64,000 nucleotides of DNA, taken from positions 22,072,001-22,136,000 of the forward strand of contig JBHGNT010000001.1 in the NCBI GenBank assembly GCA_043228905.1, read 5' to 3'. The notes under the pieces were generated by a model. The model was not told the origin of the DNA, searched no databases, and saw only the letters and a list, made by a program, of their open reading frames with translations. A program made the position numbers and the translations under genes. This document shows positions 37,840 through 51,800 of the stretch, piece by piece; the stretch's first letter is position 1, and each line of letters begins with the position of its first letter. This DNA comes from Azolla caroliniana (Eukaryota; Plantae; Polypodiophyta).

Positions 37840-40800
37840 AAAGCTCTTCGCCAACCGACGGTTACAACAGAAATGCTTTTTGTATCTCTCTCACATACTC
37901 TCTTTGTACAATGATAACTACTCACTAATTCACTACAACTACATACAGTTATTGCCCTAGTTATATTTATACTTACATAACTTTAGGGCTATTTACAAAT
38001 ATGACCTCAATAGTCACATCATAACATATTTATTGATATGTTCCTGCTTGTTGTTCACATCAGATCCGGACGGACACCTTTCGGATCAATCCAGTCTAGT
38101 TTCTTCCTCTAACTATTCCGATCCGGTTCTCATCCGGAGGGATCGGTTTCTCAACAAACTCCCCCTTCACTCCGGCATGGGATGTCTTGTCAACCCGATC
38201 TATCTCTGGCACACGTTAAACTTCTCAGCCGACAACACCTTGGTCAGCATGTCCGACCCGTTCCCCTCCGTGTGGATCTTCGTTAGCGAAAAATCTTTGT
38301 CTTCTACCTTCTCCCGGAGCCAATGATATCTCCTCTGAATGTGCTTGGTCCTAGAGTGGTAGGCCGCGTTCTTTGCAACGTGGATGACACTTTGACGGTC
38401 GTAGTAGAGCCGGAACTCCTCCCGTCGGATCCCTAACTTTCCGATGAAGTCCTTTATCCAGTTTACTTGTCGACTTTTACAGTCGCCAAGTACTCTGCTT
38501 CCATTGTCGACAGTGCCACGGATTTCTGTAGCCTCGACTGCCACGATACCACTCCCCTTGCATAGGTCATGACGTATTCGGACGTAGACCGGTTGGTATC
38601 TACATCAACCAACATGTTCGAATCCATAAAACCTTCCAATAGGGGTTTACTGGAGCCGAACCGGAGGCACATGTTCAAGGTGCCTTTCAGGTACCGGAGG
38701 ATCCACTTGATGACGGCCCAATGCTCTCTTCCCAGATTTCTCATGAACCCGTTGACCACTTCGACTGCATATCCGATGACCGGTTGGGTACACACCATTG
38801 CGTACATTAGGCTTTCGACTGTTGAGGCATAAGGTACCTTCGCCATCTCCACTTTCTCCACCTTTGTGTTTGGGCTTTGGTTTTTGGACAACTTATAGTT
38901 TCCCGGAAGTGTCGTCTTGACTGGCTTTGCATCCGCCATTCTGAAGCTTTGGAGCTCCTTCATCACGTACTTCTCATGTGACAACCACAATAGCTTCTCC
39001 GTCCGGTCCCGGACTATTTGCATCCCCAATATTTGTCTTGCCGAACCCAAATCCTTTTCTTCAGCATCCTGATTTTGATTTGGTCTTGTCCGACGATTAG
39101 CATGTCGTCCACATACAACAAGAGTATTAGGAAGTCTCCTCCGTCGAACTTCTTTATGAACACACAGTGGGTAGCCCGCGTCTTGTGGTATCAATGGTCG
39201 GTCATGAAGGAGTCGAACTTCCGGTACCCATTGCCGGGGAGCTTGCTTTAATCCGTATAATCTCTTCTTCAACCGGCACACGAGGTTCTCCTTCACTTTC
39301 TTGATGAATCCTTCCAGTTGCTGTATGTAGATCTCTTCCTCACGGTCACCATGCAAGAATGCAGTCTTGACATCTAATTTCTCGACCTCGAGATCCATGC
39401 TTGCCGCTATGCTCAACACCGTCTGGATGGATGTCATCTTCATGAACGTGGCAAAGATGTCGTTGAAATCCACTCCTTTCTTCTATTGGAAACCCTTCAC
39501 CACAATGCGGGTTTTGTACCTTGTTGGATTTTCGGCGTCTCCTAGTTTCAGCTTGTACACCCACTTGTTCCGGAGTACCCTCTTTCCTTTCGACAATTCT
39601 GTCAATTCATATGAGGGCGAGCTCCTTCATATAGCAAGCTCGATTTTACCTTTGCTAGGGAGAAGTTTTTCCCTTCTGATATGGCGTTGCCTACTGTGAC
39701 GACCAATGTCTTCTAGTTATCTGGAAGTGATCTAGGCAGTAACAATGCGAATACCTCATCGGCTAACGGTACTTCGAGCGAGGTAGTCAGGTTTATTAGC
39801 CCCTAGTAGGCGTTCATACGCCCCGCCATACTAGAATCGTCCTAATATCTGAGTCTCACTAGTTTTTGAAATACAGAGACTCGATTCACGAAATTCTTGT
39901 TCTCCAGCATAGTGCGGATTTTCTCCTAGAGCTCATGAGCCTTGTTCTCTTCATTGAAGTTGTTGTACAAGCTCATGTCGATGAAGCAACGAATGTATGT
40001 CGTCGTCTTCAGATGCATTACCTCCTAGATCATGGCATCGATCTTGTCCGATCTTTTATCTCCAAACTATATTGACAACCAAAGATCTTTGACCACTAGC
40101 ATGTCCCTTATCTTTGACTTCTACACTACATAGTTGGAGCTGGTGAACATGCCACCAAGTGACTCTTCCATTTTCTTATTTTGTTTGAAGTTTAGAACTT
40201 TGCTCTGATACCAATTTGACGAAAATCGCACTTGGCCACAACTGACTTTCAAACTCTACTGGAAGATTAACAGAGAATAGGAACAATGCACTTACATAGA
40301 CAACGAGATGACACAAGATATTTACGTGGAAAACCAAGAGAGGCAAAACCATGGGAGTTCACAGACTCATAACATGATCACGATAGGGGAAGTACAACAA
40401 TGCGAGACTCAAAGGCAATGACCTCGAGCTTTGTTTCCACCATCCGGTAATTACAATCTCTCTCTCTCTCTCTCTGTACAATGATACTACTAACTAACTC
40501 ACTACAACTATATACAATTATTGTCCTAGTTATATTTATACTCATATCCCGTTAGGGTTATTTACAAATATGACCCCAACAGTAACATCAAAACATATTT
40601 ACTAATATGTCCCTGCTTCTTATTCACACCGGATCCGGCCAGATACCTTCCAGATCCATCCGGTCCAGTTTCTTCCTCGAACTCGTAGAGAAAAACCCAA
40701 CAAAACATGTCCATGGCCAAGTTAACCATGATAAAAACATATCAATAAGTAGAGGCCACATTTGAACCTAACAATAAGAAAAAAGTGATTGCTCATTGCT

Positions 40801-41939
40801 CAGCCAATATCTTCATGGTCAAGCTAATTTGAGTGCAAAACATTCCCAGCAATATTCCTATGTAAGAGTTTATGATCTTTTTGTACTTTACACTTATTAA
40901 TCTAAAACTTTCGTAATGGCACCATTATTGCATTAATTTGCTTGTCTTTGGTTTTATAGTGTCTACCCCAATTGTAATTTGCTTTAGAAGTTGGAAGCCA
41001 ATCAATTTCTTCGTATTTTTTGCATTTTCAATCATTTTTCATTTACTTGTGTCCTCTAGCTATGGTTTCAAGATGGCTTATATATCCAACCCTTTTCTTC
41101 GTCTAATTCTAAGAGTAACATCGACTTTATCTTAGTTCATGCCTCTTGAAATCAAGCATGAGACCTAAAATTCCATAATGGTAATTGTAATGCCTTTTTC
41201 CTAAGGGGTTTTAAAGGTGATTTTGAGGTTTTTTCTAAGGTTTTCTATACCTAATATTTTGCTTTGCAAGGTTTAAGTTGACTCTTGTTCACAACCAAAT
41301 TGTTGGATATAATAAATATGGCTATAGATAAAGGCTAGACCTTAGACATACTATGATATGATATTCACCAAATTCATCATATACTATAATTGATATTTTT
41401 ATAATCATTAAACAATGAATTTACAATGCATTTCATGAATTTTCCCAAAAATTTGATATTAATAATAAAATGTAGTATCTCCTTCTGGATGGATCTCTCA
41501 TTTCTCCTTTATCATTTTCTTAGAATCTATGAATTATTTTTCTTTTACATGTCATGTGATGTTAATGCCTTGGATGGGAGGACAACTATCAATACCACTA
41601 TTACAAACTTTATAAAACTGATTGAGTGTTTGTATTTCATCACATGAGGAAACTAAATTTTGTGCTTAAAATAAAAGGCTTTAAAGTCAAAACACTTGTA
41701 CAACTTCTGAAAGGGAGCATGATGCTTTGCGGCTTTTTTAGAAGACCAATAATATACTGGCTCCTTTCCCCAATCGTGGATCAATTTTTTTCAAAAAGGT
41801 CGTGTTCACTAGGTTAACAATTATGATTTTGGTTTAGTAAGATGTATATTACTATCATTGTGAATTGAGAACCCATAAAATAACAGTGATTTAAATGGAA
41901 AATGTGTCTATTAGATGCTTTCGTTCTTAAAAGCAAAGT

Positions 41940-44900
41940 AAAGAGTGTTCAATGAGCATATCATCTTGTACAAAGTGTTTTGTAATAGAAGTTGTTTTGT
42001 TGTCTGCTTAACTCCATCTCTCCCCTCCCTAGATTCTCTATGTATACCTAATTGTCTACTATTGTGTGACCAAGCCGACCATGTCTTGTGTACGTGCTTC
42101 TGCATATACTATTGTTTTACATGGTATTAGAGTGTGAGGATTGAAGATCCTTAGTAGCCAACAAGCACTTCAACATAGACAAGCTTTTGAATCTCCCATG
42201 TTGGCCGATTGGATACCCGTAGTTGGACTAATGTGGAAAGGAGTCGGTGTCCGTGTCAGAGTTGAGCTTGTCTCTCAACAACCTCCAAGATCAAAGAAAT
42301 CTTAGACTCCTTCGCCTCCATCAACGTGAATGTCAAGGAAGATGAAATGGTGCAGGTTTTTCTTGGTGGGTTAGCGTCAAAGTTCAGAGTGTTCCGAACG
42401 GCGGTCTGTATGAGGGAGAATACGCCTTCATTTTTCGAGCTTCAATCAATGTTGCTTGTAGAGGAAAATCATGTGGGTGCATCGACGAGTACGCATGCCA
42501 ACTAGAAGATGTTATACACGGAGGGAGATAGGCCCCGTTGTCGTGGCGAACAAGGCGGATCGGCGCATAATGGAGTCGGCCGAAAAAGAGCAGAATGGAT
42601 GGCATAATCGAAATGCCGAAAGCAATTCCGAACCCTCCGGAAGTAGGGGGAGTCATAGAGGTGCCGGAAACCGGCAAGATAAGGTCGCAATGGAATGTTG
42701 GTACTGTGGAAACAAAGGCCACAAGAAAAGCGAGTGCTGGAAGAAACAAGCTGATTCGGACAAAGCCGGACAGAGCGGGAGAGACGTAGGAAGGCGTCAA
42801 AAGTGGCACTACGATGAGGACTCTGAACGAGTTGGAAATGGATCGGGCCCTGCCTTCATAATGAAACAGAAGGCCAATTCAATGGCCGTGAACACCTCGA
42901 AATCGAGCGAGGTGTGGTATGTTGATTTCGGAGCGTTAAATCATATGACGAGTCATGAGGAATGGTTCTCGTACTTGGAGAAGCCGGAAAAGCAAGGGGT
43001 AGTCGAAATGGGAGATGACACCTTGCATACCATCGAACATGTCGGTGATGTTCCCCTTAGCCATGTCAGGCAGAAAGGGAAACTCTTGAACATGCTACAT
43101 GTCCTGACAATAACGAAGAACCTGGTGTTAGTTGGTCAAATCGTCGACCAAGGGATGCAAGTTCGATTCACGCATCTAGGGTGTTTCATAGAAGAGGAGG
43201 GCAAAGTAATTGCACAAGGGCACCGTGAAGGGAGGATGTGTATCCTTGAAACCAACAATGTGGGCACCACTATGTTTGCGAAAGGGCAAAAGGTCGAGTC
43301 GGACATCGACCTGTGGCATAAGCGGTTTGGCCATATTAACTTCCCGCGCCTTCGTGAAATGCAGACGAAGAACATTGTGTTCGGCTTGCCAAAATTTCAA
43401 GGCCGGAATGGCCAAGTTTGTAAAGCCTGCCAAATGGGAAAATAACACCAAATTCCATTCCCTAACGAGAGTAATCGTAGTCGAAATCCACTAGATTTGA
43501 TCCATTCGGATGTGTGGGGTCCGGCACAGAATGGGAGCCTCGGTGGAAGCCGTTACTTTGTAACCTTCATCGACAACTTCACTTGGCACACGTGGGTATG
43601 TATGATCGTGAAGAAGAGCGAAGTCTTCACATGTTTCTTGAAGGTGAAGAGCCTTGCAGAAAGGGAAACAAGGTTCGATGGAGGGAAGGAGTACTTCTCC
43701 GACCAGTTCACAAGTTATCTACAGAAGGAGGGAATTCGACGCGAATTCTCATGTAGATACACGCCGCAGCAAAACGGCGTGGCCGAGCAGAAGAATTAGA
43801 CAATCGAAGAAGCGGCTAGGGAAATGCTTGAAGAGAAGCATATGCCGAAATTCTATTGGGCTGAAGCCGTGAGGACGACTGTCTACTTGCAGAATCAGAC
43901 TTCTACTAATGGAGGAGTGTCGCCACATGAATTGTATTTCGGGAAGAAGCTGAACTTGGCACACTTGAGGATTTTCAATAGCATTGCATATATGCATGTG
44001 CCGAAGGAAAAGAGGAGGAAGTTGGACGCCAAGCCGAAAAGTGCATCTTAGTCGGCTATCCAGACGAGTAGAAGGGGTATACGTGTTATCACCCCCAAAC
44101 AAAGGAAGTGCGCGTAAGTCGAGATGTCGTGTTCGACAGTCTGCTTCATGGTACTTGCCTTCCCCTCCAGTACCTCATGACTCCATTCCAAATTCTGAAG
44201 AAGAAGTCAGTGGGGTTGAGATGCCTCTGCATGATGAGGAAATCAAAGCTTTGAGAGAGAGTCCGATGTCATTTCGGCTAAGTGGGCTGAGTGAGGGGTT
44301 GGACCGAGATGGCCAACCTATTGAAGAGATGACAAGTAGTGAAGACTCAGCCATGATGTCACCGCGTAAAGAACCGAGGAGACGGTTTACACGCAAGGAG
44401 AAGGGGAATAAAAAGATGTTAGAGTACGACTTTGACAGTGCTCAATTAGATTGGAGCATATCTGACTTCGAGCCAATTCAGAAGGAACCTCCACGGAAGA
44501 GCTCGAAATCGGCTGAAAAGGACGTGAAATCGGGGAACCACGAATTATGCCGATCTACCCGCCAGAAGAACCCCGTAAAAAGATACGGGTACAATGAATA
44601 CATGGCGTACCATTACGCGTACATGACGCGAGTGGCGGAAGTGTGTGAGCCGGAGAGCTACGCAGAAGCGGTGAAAGATGCGAGCTGGTGTGCCGCAGTG
44701 GAGGAAGAGATGCACACTTTGATTGATAATGAGACTTGGGACCTGGTTGACGCACCGAAGGGTGTAAAGCCGATCGGATGTAGGTGGGTGTATAAAGTGA
44801 AATACAATACGGATGGCTCAATCAATTGATACAAGGCCCGTTTAGTTGCGAAAGGTTACGTGCGGAAGCACAACGTGGACTACGACGAGACCTTCGCGCC

Positions 44901-47900
44901 TGTCGCGAAGATGACTACCGTGCGTGTTCTTCTAGCCATAGTTGCGGCAAAGGGGTGGCACTTAGATCTGATGGATGTAAAGAACGCGTTCCTACAAGGT
45001 GATGTTGAGGAACAATGTACATGGTACAGCCCCCCGTATTTCTATCCGAACGAAACACTTCGACACTTTGTTGACTAAAGAAGTTGTTGAGTAATCGTTG
45101 CGGTATAGATCACAATAAACGAACTACGCACTAAAATACGAATCATAGAAATGCCAGAAAAACAAGACAAATAGAAGTATACACAGAGATTTACGTGGAA
45201 ACCCTAAAACGGGGAAAAACCACGGGTGAACAGATTCTTCACTATAGTGTAGTGGATATACAATACAGAGATGATTACAACACAGGGCTCTTCGCGTCTG
45301 TTGTTACACACACAGCTATGGCGCGGCTCTCACTTCTCTCTCTTACTCTCACAGTTCTCCACACACATAAAGTTTTCCCTAGTTGTATGTATACTTACAC
45401 AACTTTCTAGCTATTTACATACGTAGCCCTCATGGGGCGCACACTTAGACTATTTACAAGTATAGTCACCCGAGTTGGCTATTTACACGACTCCGGTTTC
45501 CACACATCATCAACTCGGCTCCTCTCTCTTTCCCATCTGGAGGGACTTGTTTCCACACATCATCATCATCATCATTATTACTATAATAATAATAGTCGAA
45601 TCTTCAAACAATCGACTCACTGGAGGGACATATTCCCAACAAACTCCCCCTTCACTCATGTGGGAGGAAATTTGTCAGTCCTGTATTTTGTCGACAGACT
45701 CTGAGTCTGTCCATAGGTAGGTTCTTTGCCTACATGTTAGATCCATTGTCGTCTGTATGGATCTTCACAGGAGCGAACTCTCCATCTTCGACTCTCTCCC
45801 GCAACCAGTGATACCTTCTCTGTATGTGCTTGGTCCGGGAGTGATATGCCGCGTTCTTGGCTAGGTGTATGGAGCTTTGACTGTCACAGTGAAGCAAGAA
45901 CTCCGTTTGCTTCATGCCTAATTAGGTGAGAAAATTTCTCATCCAAATCAGCTCTTTTCTGGCCTCTACTGCTGCCATATACTCTGCCTCTGTAGTCAAC
46001 AAGGCCACGACACTGCTCCCCCTGCATAGGTCATCACGTACCCTGACGTGGATCGGCTCGAGTCAACATCTCCTGACATGTCCGAATCGGTAAAACCTTC
46101 TAGTAGAGGTTTTCCGACACCATATCTTAGGCACACCTCCAAGGTGCCTTTCAAGTACCTAAGTATCCACTTCACCACTGCCCAGTGTTCTCTCCCTGGA
46201 TTACTCATATATCGGCTTAGTGCTCCTACAACAAATGCTATGTCCGGTCTCGTACAGACCATAACATACATTAGACTGCCGACTGTTGTGGCATATGGTA
46301 CCTTCTTCATCTCACCCTTTTCCTTCTGCCCTTTCGGACACTCCTTCGCATTCAATCTGTAGTTTGTCGGCAACACTGAGCCGACTAGCTTTGTGTTCGA
46401 CATGTTGAACCTCTCTAGGATCTTTGTCACATACTTCTGTTGTGACAACCATAGCACCTTCCGAGCTCTGTCTCGGGTTATGTGCATTTCTAGGATTTCC
46501 TTTGCTGGTCCAAGGTCTTTCATGGAAAATGATTTTCCGAGAGCTTTCTTCAAGCTTCCAATCTTCCTTGCATCTTGGCTGACTATCAACATATCATCAA
46601 CATATAGCAAGAGAATCAAGAAATCTCCTTCCTCGTACCTTTTTACGAACACACAATGATCAACTTGTGTTTTCTGGAATTGATGTTCTATCATGAAGGA
46701 CTCGAATTTCTTGTACCATTGGCGTGGAGCTTGTTTCACACCATACAAGCTTTTCCTAAGTCGACACACTAGATTCTCTTTCCCTTTCTCCTCAAGCTTC
46801 ACATACCCCATAAATGTGCTGATGTGTTCGACGATGCTCTCACCGTCTTTGTATTTCAGCTATACGATTTTTCTCATCAACGAGTTTCTGTTTAGCGTGT
46901 TCTTCCTCTCGTACAAACCTGGCAACTTCTGCCACATCTCATGGGGATTCGTGTTGTTCGCCACATGCTGAAGGACACTTACATCGACACATTGTCAGAT
47001 TGTGGCCACTGCCTTCCTATTCAGAAGCTTCCAGTCTGACTCCAATACCCCCCTGGGTATTTTTGCTCTATCGACTGGCTCGTACATGTCTTTAACTATA
47101 AGAAGGTCTTCCATCTTTATCTTCCAATCTGCATAGTTCTGAGAGTTTAGAACTATCATACCTGGGAAACTGCTAACACCTCCTTCCATGCTTGCACCTC
47201 AAGCTCTGATGCCAGTTTGTTGAGTAATCATTGCGGAATAGATCACAATAAACGAACTACGCACTGAAATACGAATCATAGAAATGCCAGAAAAACAAGA
47301 CAAACAGAAGTATACACAGAGATTTACGTGGAAACCCTAAAACGGGGAAAAACCAATGGTGAACAGATTCTTCACTATAGTATAGTGGATATACAATACA
47401 GGGATGATTACAACACTCTGTCGAGTGTATCAACCACACAGGGCTCTTCGCATCTGCTATTTCACACACAGCTATGGCGCGGCTCTCACTTCTCTCTCTT
47501 ACTCTCACAATTCTCCACACACACAAAGTTTGCCCTAGTTGTATACATACTCACACAACTTTTTGGCTATTTACATACGCAACCCTCATGGGGTGCACAC
47601 TTAGACTATTTACAAGTATAGTCACCCGAGTTGGCTATTTACACAATTTCGGTTTCCACACATCATCAACTCGGCTCCTCTCTCTTTCCCATCTGGAGGG
47701 ACTTGTTTCCACACATCATCATTATTATTATTACTATAATAATAATAGTCGAATCTTCAAACCTGTCGACTCACTGTTTTCGACTCTTCGACTGTCGGCT
47801 TTCCGAACAGTCGGATTTTCCCTGTCGTCGACTGTCGGCTTTCCGATCAGTCGGTTCTTCCTCCCACTGGAGGGACATATTCCCAACAGAAGTCACTATA

Positions 47901-48825
47901 TGGACTTAAGCAAGCCCCACGAGCTTGGAATGCAAAGATTAAGCAACGGTTTTGTAGAATGGGGTTTACGACGTCCAAGTCTGACTCTTCATTATTCGTT
48001 CGACAAGGTCGACATGGATCGGTTAGTCTCTTACTCTATGTTGATGATTTAGTCATCGCTGGTGCCAACCTGGAAGAAATCCGCCGCGTAAAGTCTCAGC
48101 TTGCGGCATCATTCGAAATGAAGGATCTTGGAGACCTTCATTACTTCCTTGGGATCGAAGTGATCCGCAACCCCGAAGGCATATTGATCCGCTAACTTCA
48201 TTACGTGCTGAATATGCTCTTCAAGTTCGGGATGGCAAACTGTAAGCCCATCTCGACCCCTCTGGATAGAAACGCAAAGCTTCGCCGAGATTCGGGAAAG
48301 GCATGCGACCCGACACGGTTTCAACAGATTGTCCGAAGCCTGATATATTTGATGATCACCAGGCCGAACCTGAAGTACCTGGTCAGACTGGTCAGTCAGT
48401 TTATGTCACAGCCTATGGCCGAACACTTTCAGTGCGCACAAAGGATATTGCGATATGTCAGCGACACAACAGACATGGCGTTGCTGTATCAGGCAGGCGT
48501 AGCCAAGCAGTTAGTTGGCTACACGGATGCCGATTGGGCCGGAAACACCAGTGATCGTAGATCCACATCCAGATACGCCTTCTCATTAGGAAGTGTTGCG
48601 ATTGCGTGGAGTAGTAAGAAGCAACCGATAGTAGCACCTTCGAGCACGAAGGCCGAATATCGAAGGGCGACTGTCGCTACGTGCGAAGTCATTTGGCTGA
48701 AACGATTGTTACGGCATCTGCATGTGGAGGTGTCTGATCCAACGACAATCTATTGCGACAACCTTAGTAGTATCCACCCTGCCAAAAACCCCGTACTCCA
48801 TGCCTGGACCAGTCACATTGAGGTG
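41940..48825 (+). mobile_element. Degenerate near-complete Ty1/copia element (partial 5' LTR to 42121, PBS 42122-42132, gag-PR-IN-RT-RH)
   Basis: ECWYCGNKGH, WYVDFGALNHMT, IHSDVWGP, YTPQQNGVAE, PIGCRWVYKVK, LLLYVDD, GYTDADWAG, IYCDNLSSI. Split at 45085 and cut at 48826. Confidence 0.92.
45085..47888 (-). mobile_element. Nested internally deleted copia element (2804 bp), TSD GAAGT
   Basis: LTRs 45085-45641 and 47218-47888, PBS 47203-47214, PPT near 45643. GAAGT at 45080-45084 and 47889-47893. Host RT LKK|SLYGLKQAP is restored on removal. Confidence 0.93.
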
Positions 48826-51800
48826 TGTTGGGAGACAGGTCCCTCCGGATGGGAAGGGAGAAGAACAATGCTGGTGAGAATCGGATGACGAGTACCCGGC
48901 TACGGAGAGCCGGATGGTGCAGACCCGGTGAGAACCGGATGACGAGTACCCGGCAAGCACCGGATGATGCAGGCCCGGTGAGGAGTGCTCACCAGATGAA
49001 GAGACATATTCGTAAATATGTTTCTGAGAGTCCATCATGGCTATATTTGTAAATAGCCGAAAAGTCATATTAGTATAAATATGACTTAGGGAAAACTTTT
49101 GAGTGAGAGGTGTTATTCTTGTTTGCGCAAGATCATAGCGCATAACTGTGTACAGAGACAGAGAGAGAGAGAGAGAGAGGAAGAGGTCGTTGCCTCTGTT
49201 GTAACCGCCGCCTGTGGCGAAGATAGAAAGCTCGAGGTTGTTGCCTCGGTGCTTTACTATTGTACACGGTAACATAGTGATAGTTTGTAGCCTGTGGGCT
49301 GCCGTGGTTTTTTTCCCTAGTTTGGGTTTTTCCACGTAAACATCCTGTGTACTGTTCTCTTCACTGTGTCGTGCATTCTTTCCCATTTTTTCTGTGTATG
49401 ATTCTAAGCTCGGTTGTGGCCGAGCGTTGCATATAGGGGGCGTGTAGTTCCTGTCAAGTGGTATCAGAGCGAAACGACACAGAAAATGGACGAATCGTTG
49501 GGTGGCATGTTCAGCTCACCAGCTCCAACTAGTCAGTGTGGAAGTCGAAGATGAGGGACATGCTCGTGGTTAAAGATCTTTGGTTGCTGGTTCAGTTCGG
49601 GGACAAGAGATCGGACAAGATCTACGCCATGATATGGGAGGTGATGCACATGAAGACAACGGCTTACATACGGTGCTTCATCGACATGAGCCTATACAAC
49701 AACTTCAATGAAGAGAGTAAGGCTCATGAGCTCTAGGAGAAGATCAACACTATGTTTCAAAACAAAAATGTTGTTAACCAGGTTTCGGTATTCCGGAAGC
49801 TAGTTAGACTCCGATACCAAGATGGCTCCAGCATGGCGGAGCACATGAATGCCTTCTAGGGGCTGATACACCAGGCAACATCATTGGAAGTACCTCTCGC
49901 CGATGAGGTACTAGCGCTACTCCTGCTCGGCTCCCTCCCGGATAGCTGGGAGACGTTGGTTGTCACTTTGGGCAACGCCGGGCCGGAAGGAAAACGGTTA
50001 TCCCTAGCAAGAGTGAAGTCGAGCTTGCTAGATGAGGAGGCACGTCGGAAAGATAAGGATACGAGCTCCGACTCCAAAGTGCTCCTTACCGAATCGGAAC
50101 GCGGAAGACATAGAAACCGTCGTCCCCAGAACCGGGAAAAGTTGGGGACACGGTCAAAGTCAAGGGGGAGGCCTACTTGCTTCTATTGCGGCAAGTCGGG
50201 ACACTTCCAGAAGAACTGTCGGTATTTCCGGAAAGACAAGGAAACCGACGGTACCGATTCGAAGCGGACACCAGACCGGAATGGACCGGAAGGGAACGAC
50301 GGAAATTGCTGCAAGTGAAGAAGAGTTGATGCCCATCACCGAGGAGAGTGAGATAAACCTTGCCGGCGACGAGATGACCTGGGTGGTCGACTCCGGAGCA
50401 TCGTTCCACCTTACCCCGGACCGGAAATGCTTCTCATCCTACTCAGCCGGTGATCACGGTTGTGTCCGGATGGGGAATGAAGGTACATGCCGAATTGTCG
50501 GCATAGGAGACGTGTGGCTGACAACGCCAACCGGATGCAAGCTGCTGCTGAAGGATGTCCGACACGTTCCGGAGGTTCGTCTGAACCTGATATCATCCGA
50601 TCGGCTAGATGATGAAGGCTACATGGGTAGCATCCGGAACGTTGTTATGAAGTTCAGCAAAGGGAGCCTGATTGTGGCTCGGGACCGGAAGGTAAACACG
50701 TTGTACCTGATGAATGCTCGGTTATGTCTGGAGGAAGTGAACGTGGCATCCGACATTGCTGGTGAGCTGTGGCACAAAAAACTGTGTCACATGAGTGAGA
50801 AGGGGATGAAGAGGCTTGTAGACAAGAACCTCATTCCAATGAAGAACGTGCACTTGGAGAAGTGCACTGATTGTCTGGAGGGTAAACAAAACCAGACCTC
50901 CTTCCGATCAAGTCCACCGATGAGACGTAATGCACCACTCGAGTTGGTGCATACTGATGTGTGTCAAGTGGACACGAAGTCACATGCAGGATCGCAGTAC
51001 TTCGTGACGTTCATAGATGACCACAGCCGGAAGCTGTGGGCCACACCGTTGAAGATGAAGGATCAGGTGCTATCCGTCTTCAAAGAGCTCCAAGCGAGAG
51101 TGGAAAGAGAAACCGGTCGGAAGCTGAAGGCGGTTCGAGCAGATAATGGAGGTGAATACCGGGGGCAGTTCGAGGAGTACTGTCGCTCGAAGGGAATCCG
51201 GCTCAAATTTACCGTGCCGAAGACGCCAGAACTAAACGGGCTGGCCCAGAGGATGAACCGAACCATAATGGAGAGGGTCCGGAGTATGCTGGCGCATGCA
51301 AAATTACCCAAGACGTTTTGGACTAAGGCACTGTTGACGGTGACATATGTGATAAACAGATCACCCTCAGTACCCTTGGACAGAGACACGCCGCAGAGAG
51401 TATGAACTGGTAAGCAAGTGTCCTACCGGCATCTAAAGGTATTCGGGTGTCTCGTGTACGTGCATGTAGCTAAGGACCGGAGAGGAAAGTTCGATCCAAA
51501 GACCCGGCCATGCATATTCCTCGGGTACGACGACGATGAGTTCGGCTACCGAGTGTGGGACCCGGTCGACAAGAAGGTATTCCGTAGTCGAGATATTATC
51601 TTCATGGAGGACAAGACGCTCGCCGACTGGGAGTCGGAGAAGAAGATAATGAACTCCGAGTTGACCGGTAAGGATCGATTCCACGATGAGCAGACCCAAT
51701 TGGCAAGAGACCGGTCAACACTCGAGGAACCAACCGGTTATGGTGAGGATACCCAACCGACAGAAGAAGAAGTAGAGGAAACTGAACCCGGAACCGGCCA

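Larger units (their letters stand above)
35222..40686 (-). mobile_element. Longer version of the GAAAG-site copia element: 3' LTR 35222-38156 (interrupted), RNase H/RT 38160-39610, gag 39660-40170, PBS 40202-40213, 5' LTR 40217-40686
   Basis: Same left flank GATGAAAG|TG as 25683. PPT at about 38158-38168. LDVKTAFLHG, LYGLKQAPRQW, HSRTKHIQRRYHW. Protease and integrase are deleted. Confidence 0.88.
27003..41935. repeat. AT-rich non-coding block in three copies (about 27003-28000, 29470-30890, 40687-41935)
   Basis: Colinear near-identical text, for example ORF-track twins 30379/41426 and 30579/41626. Confidence 0.85.
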
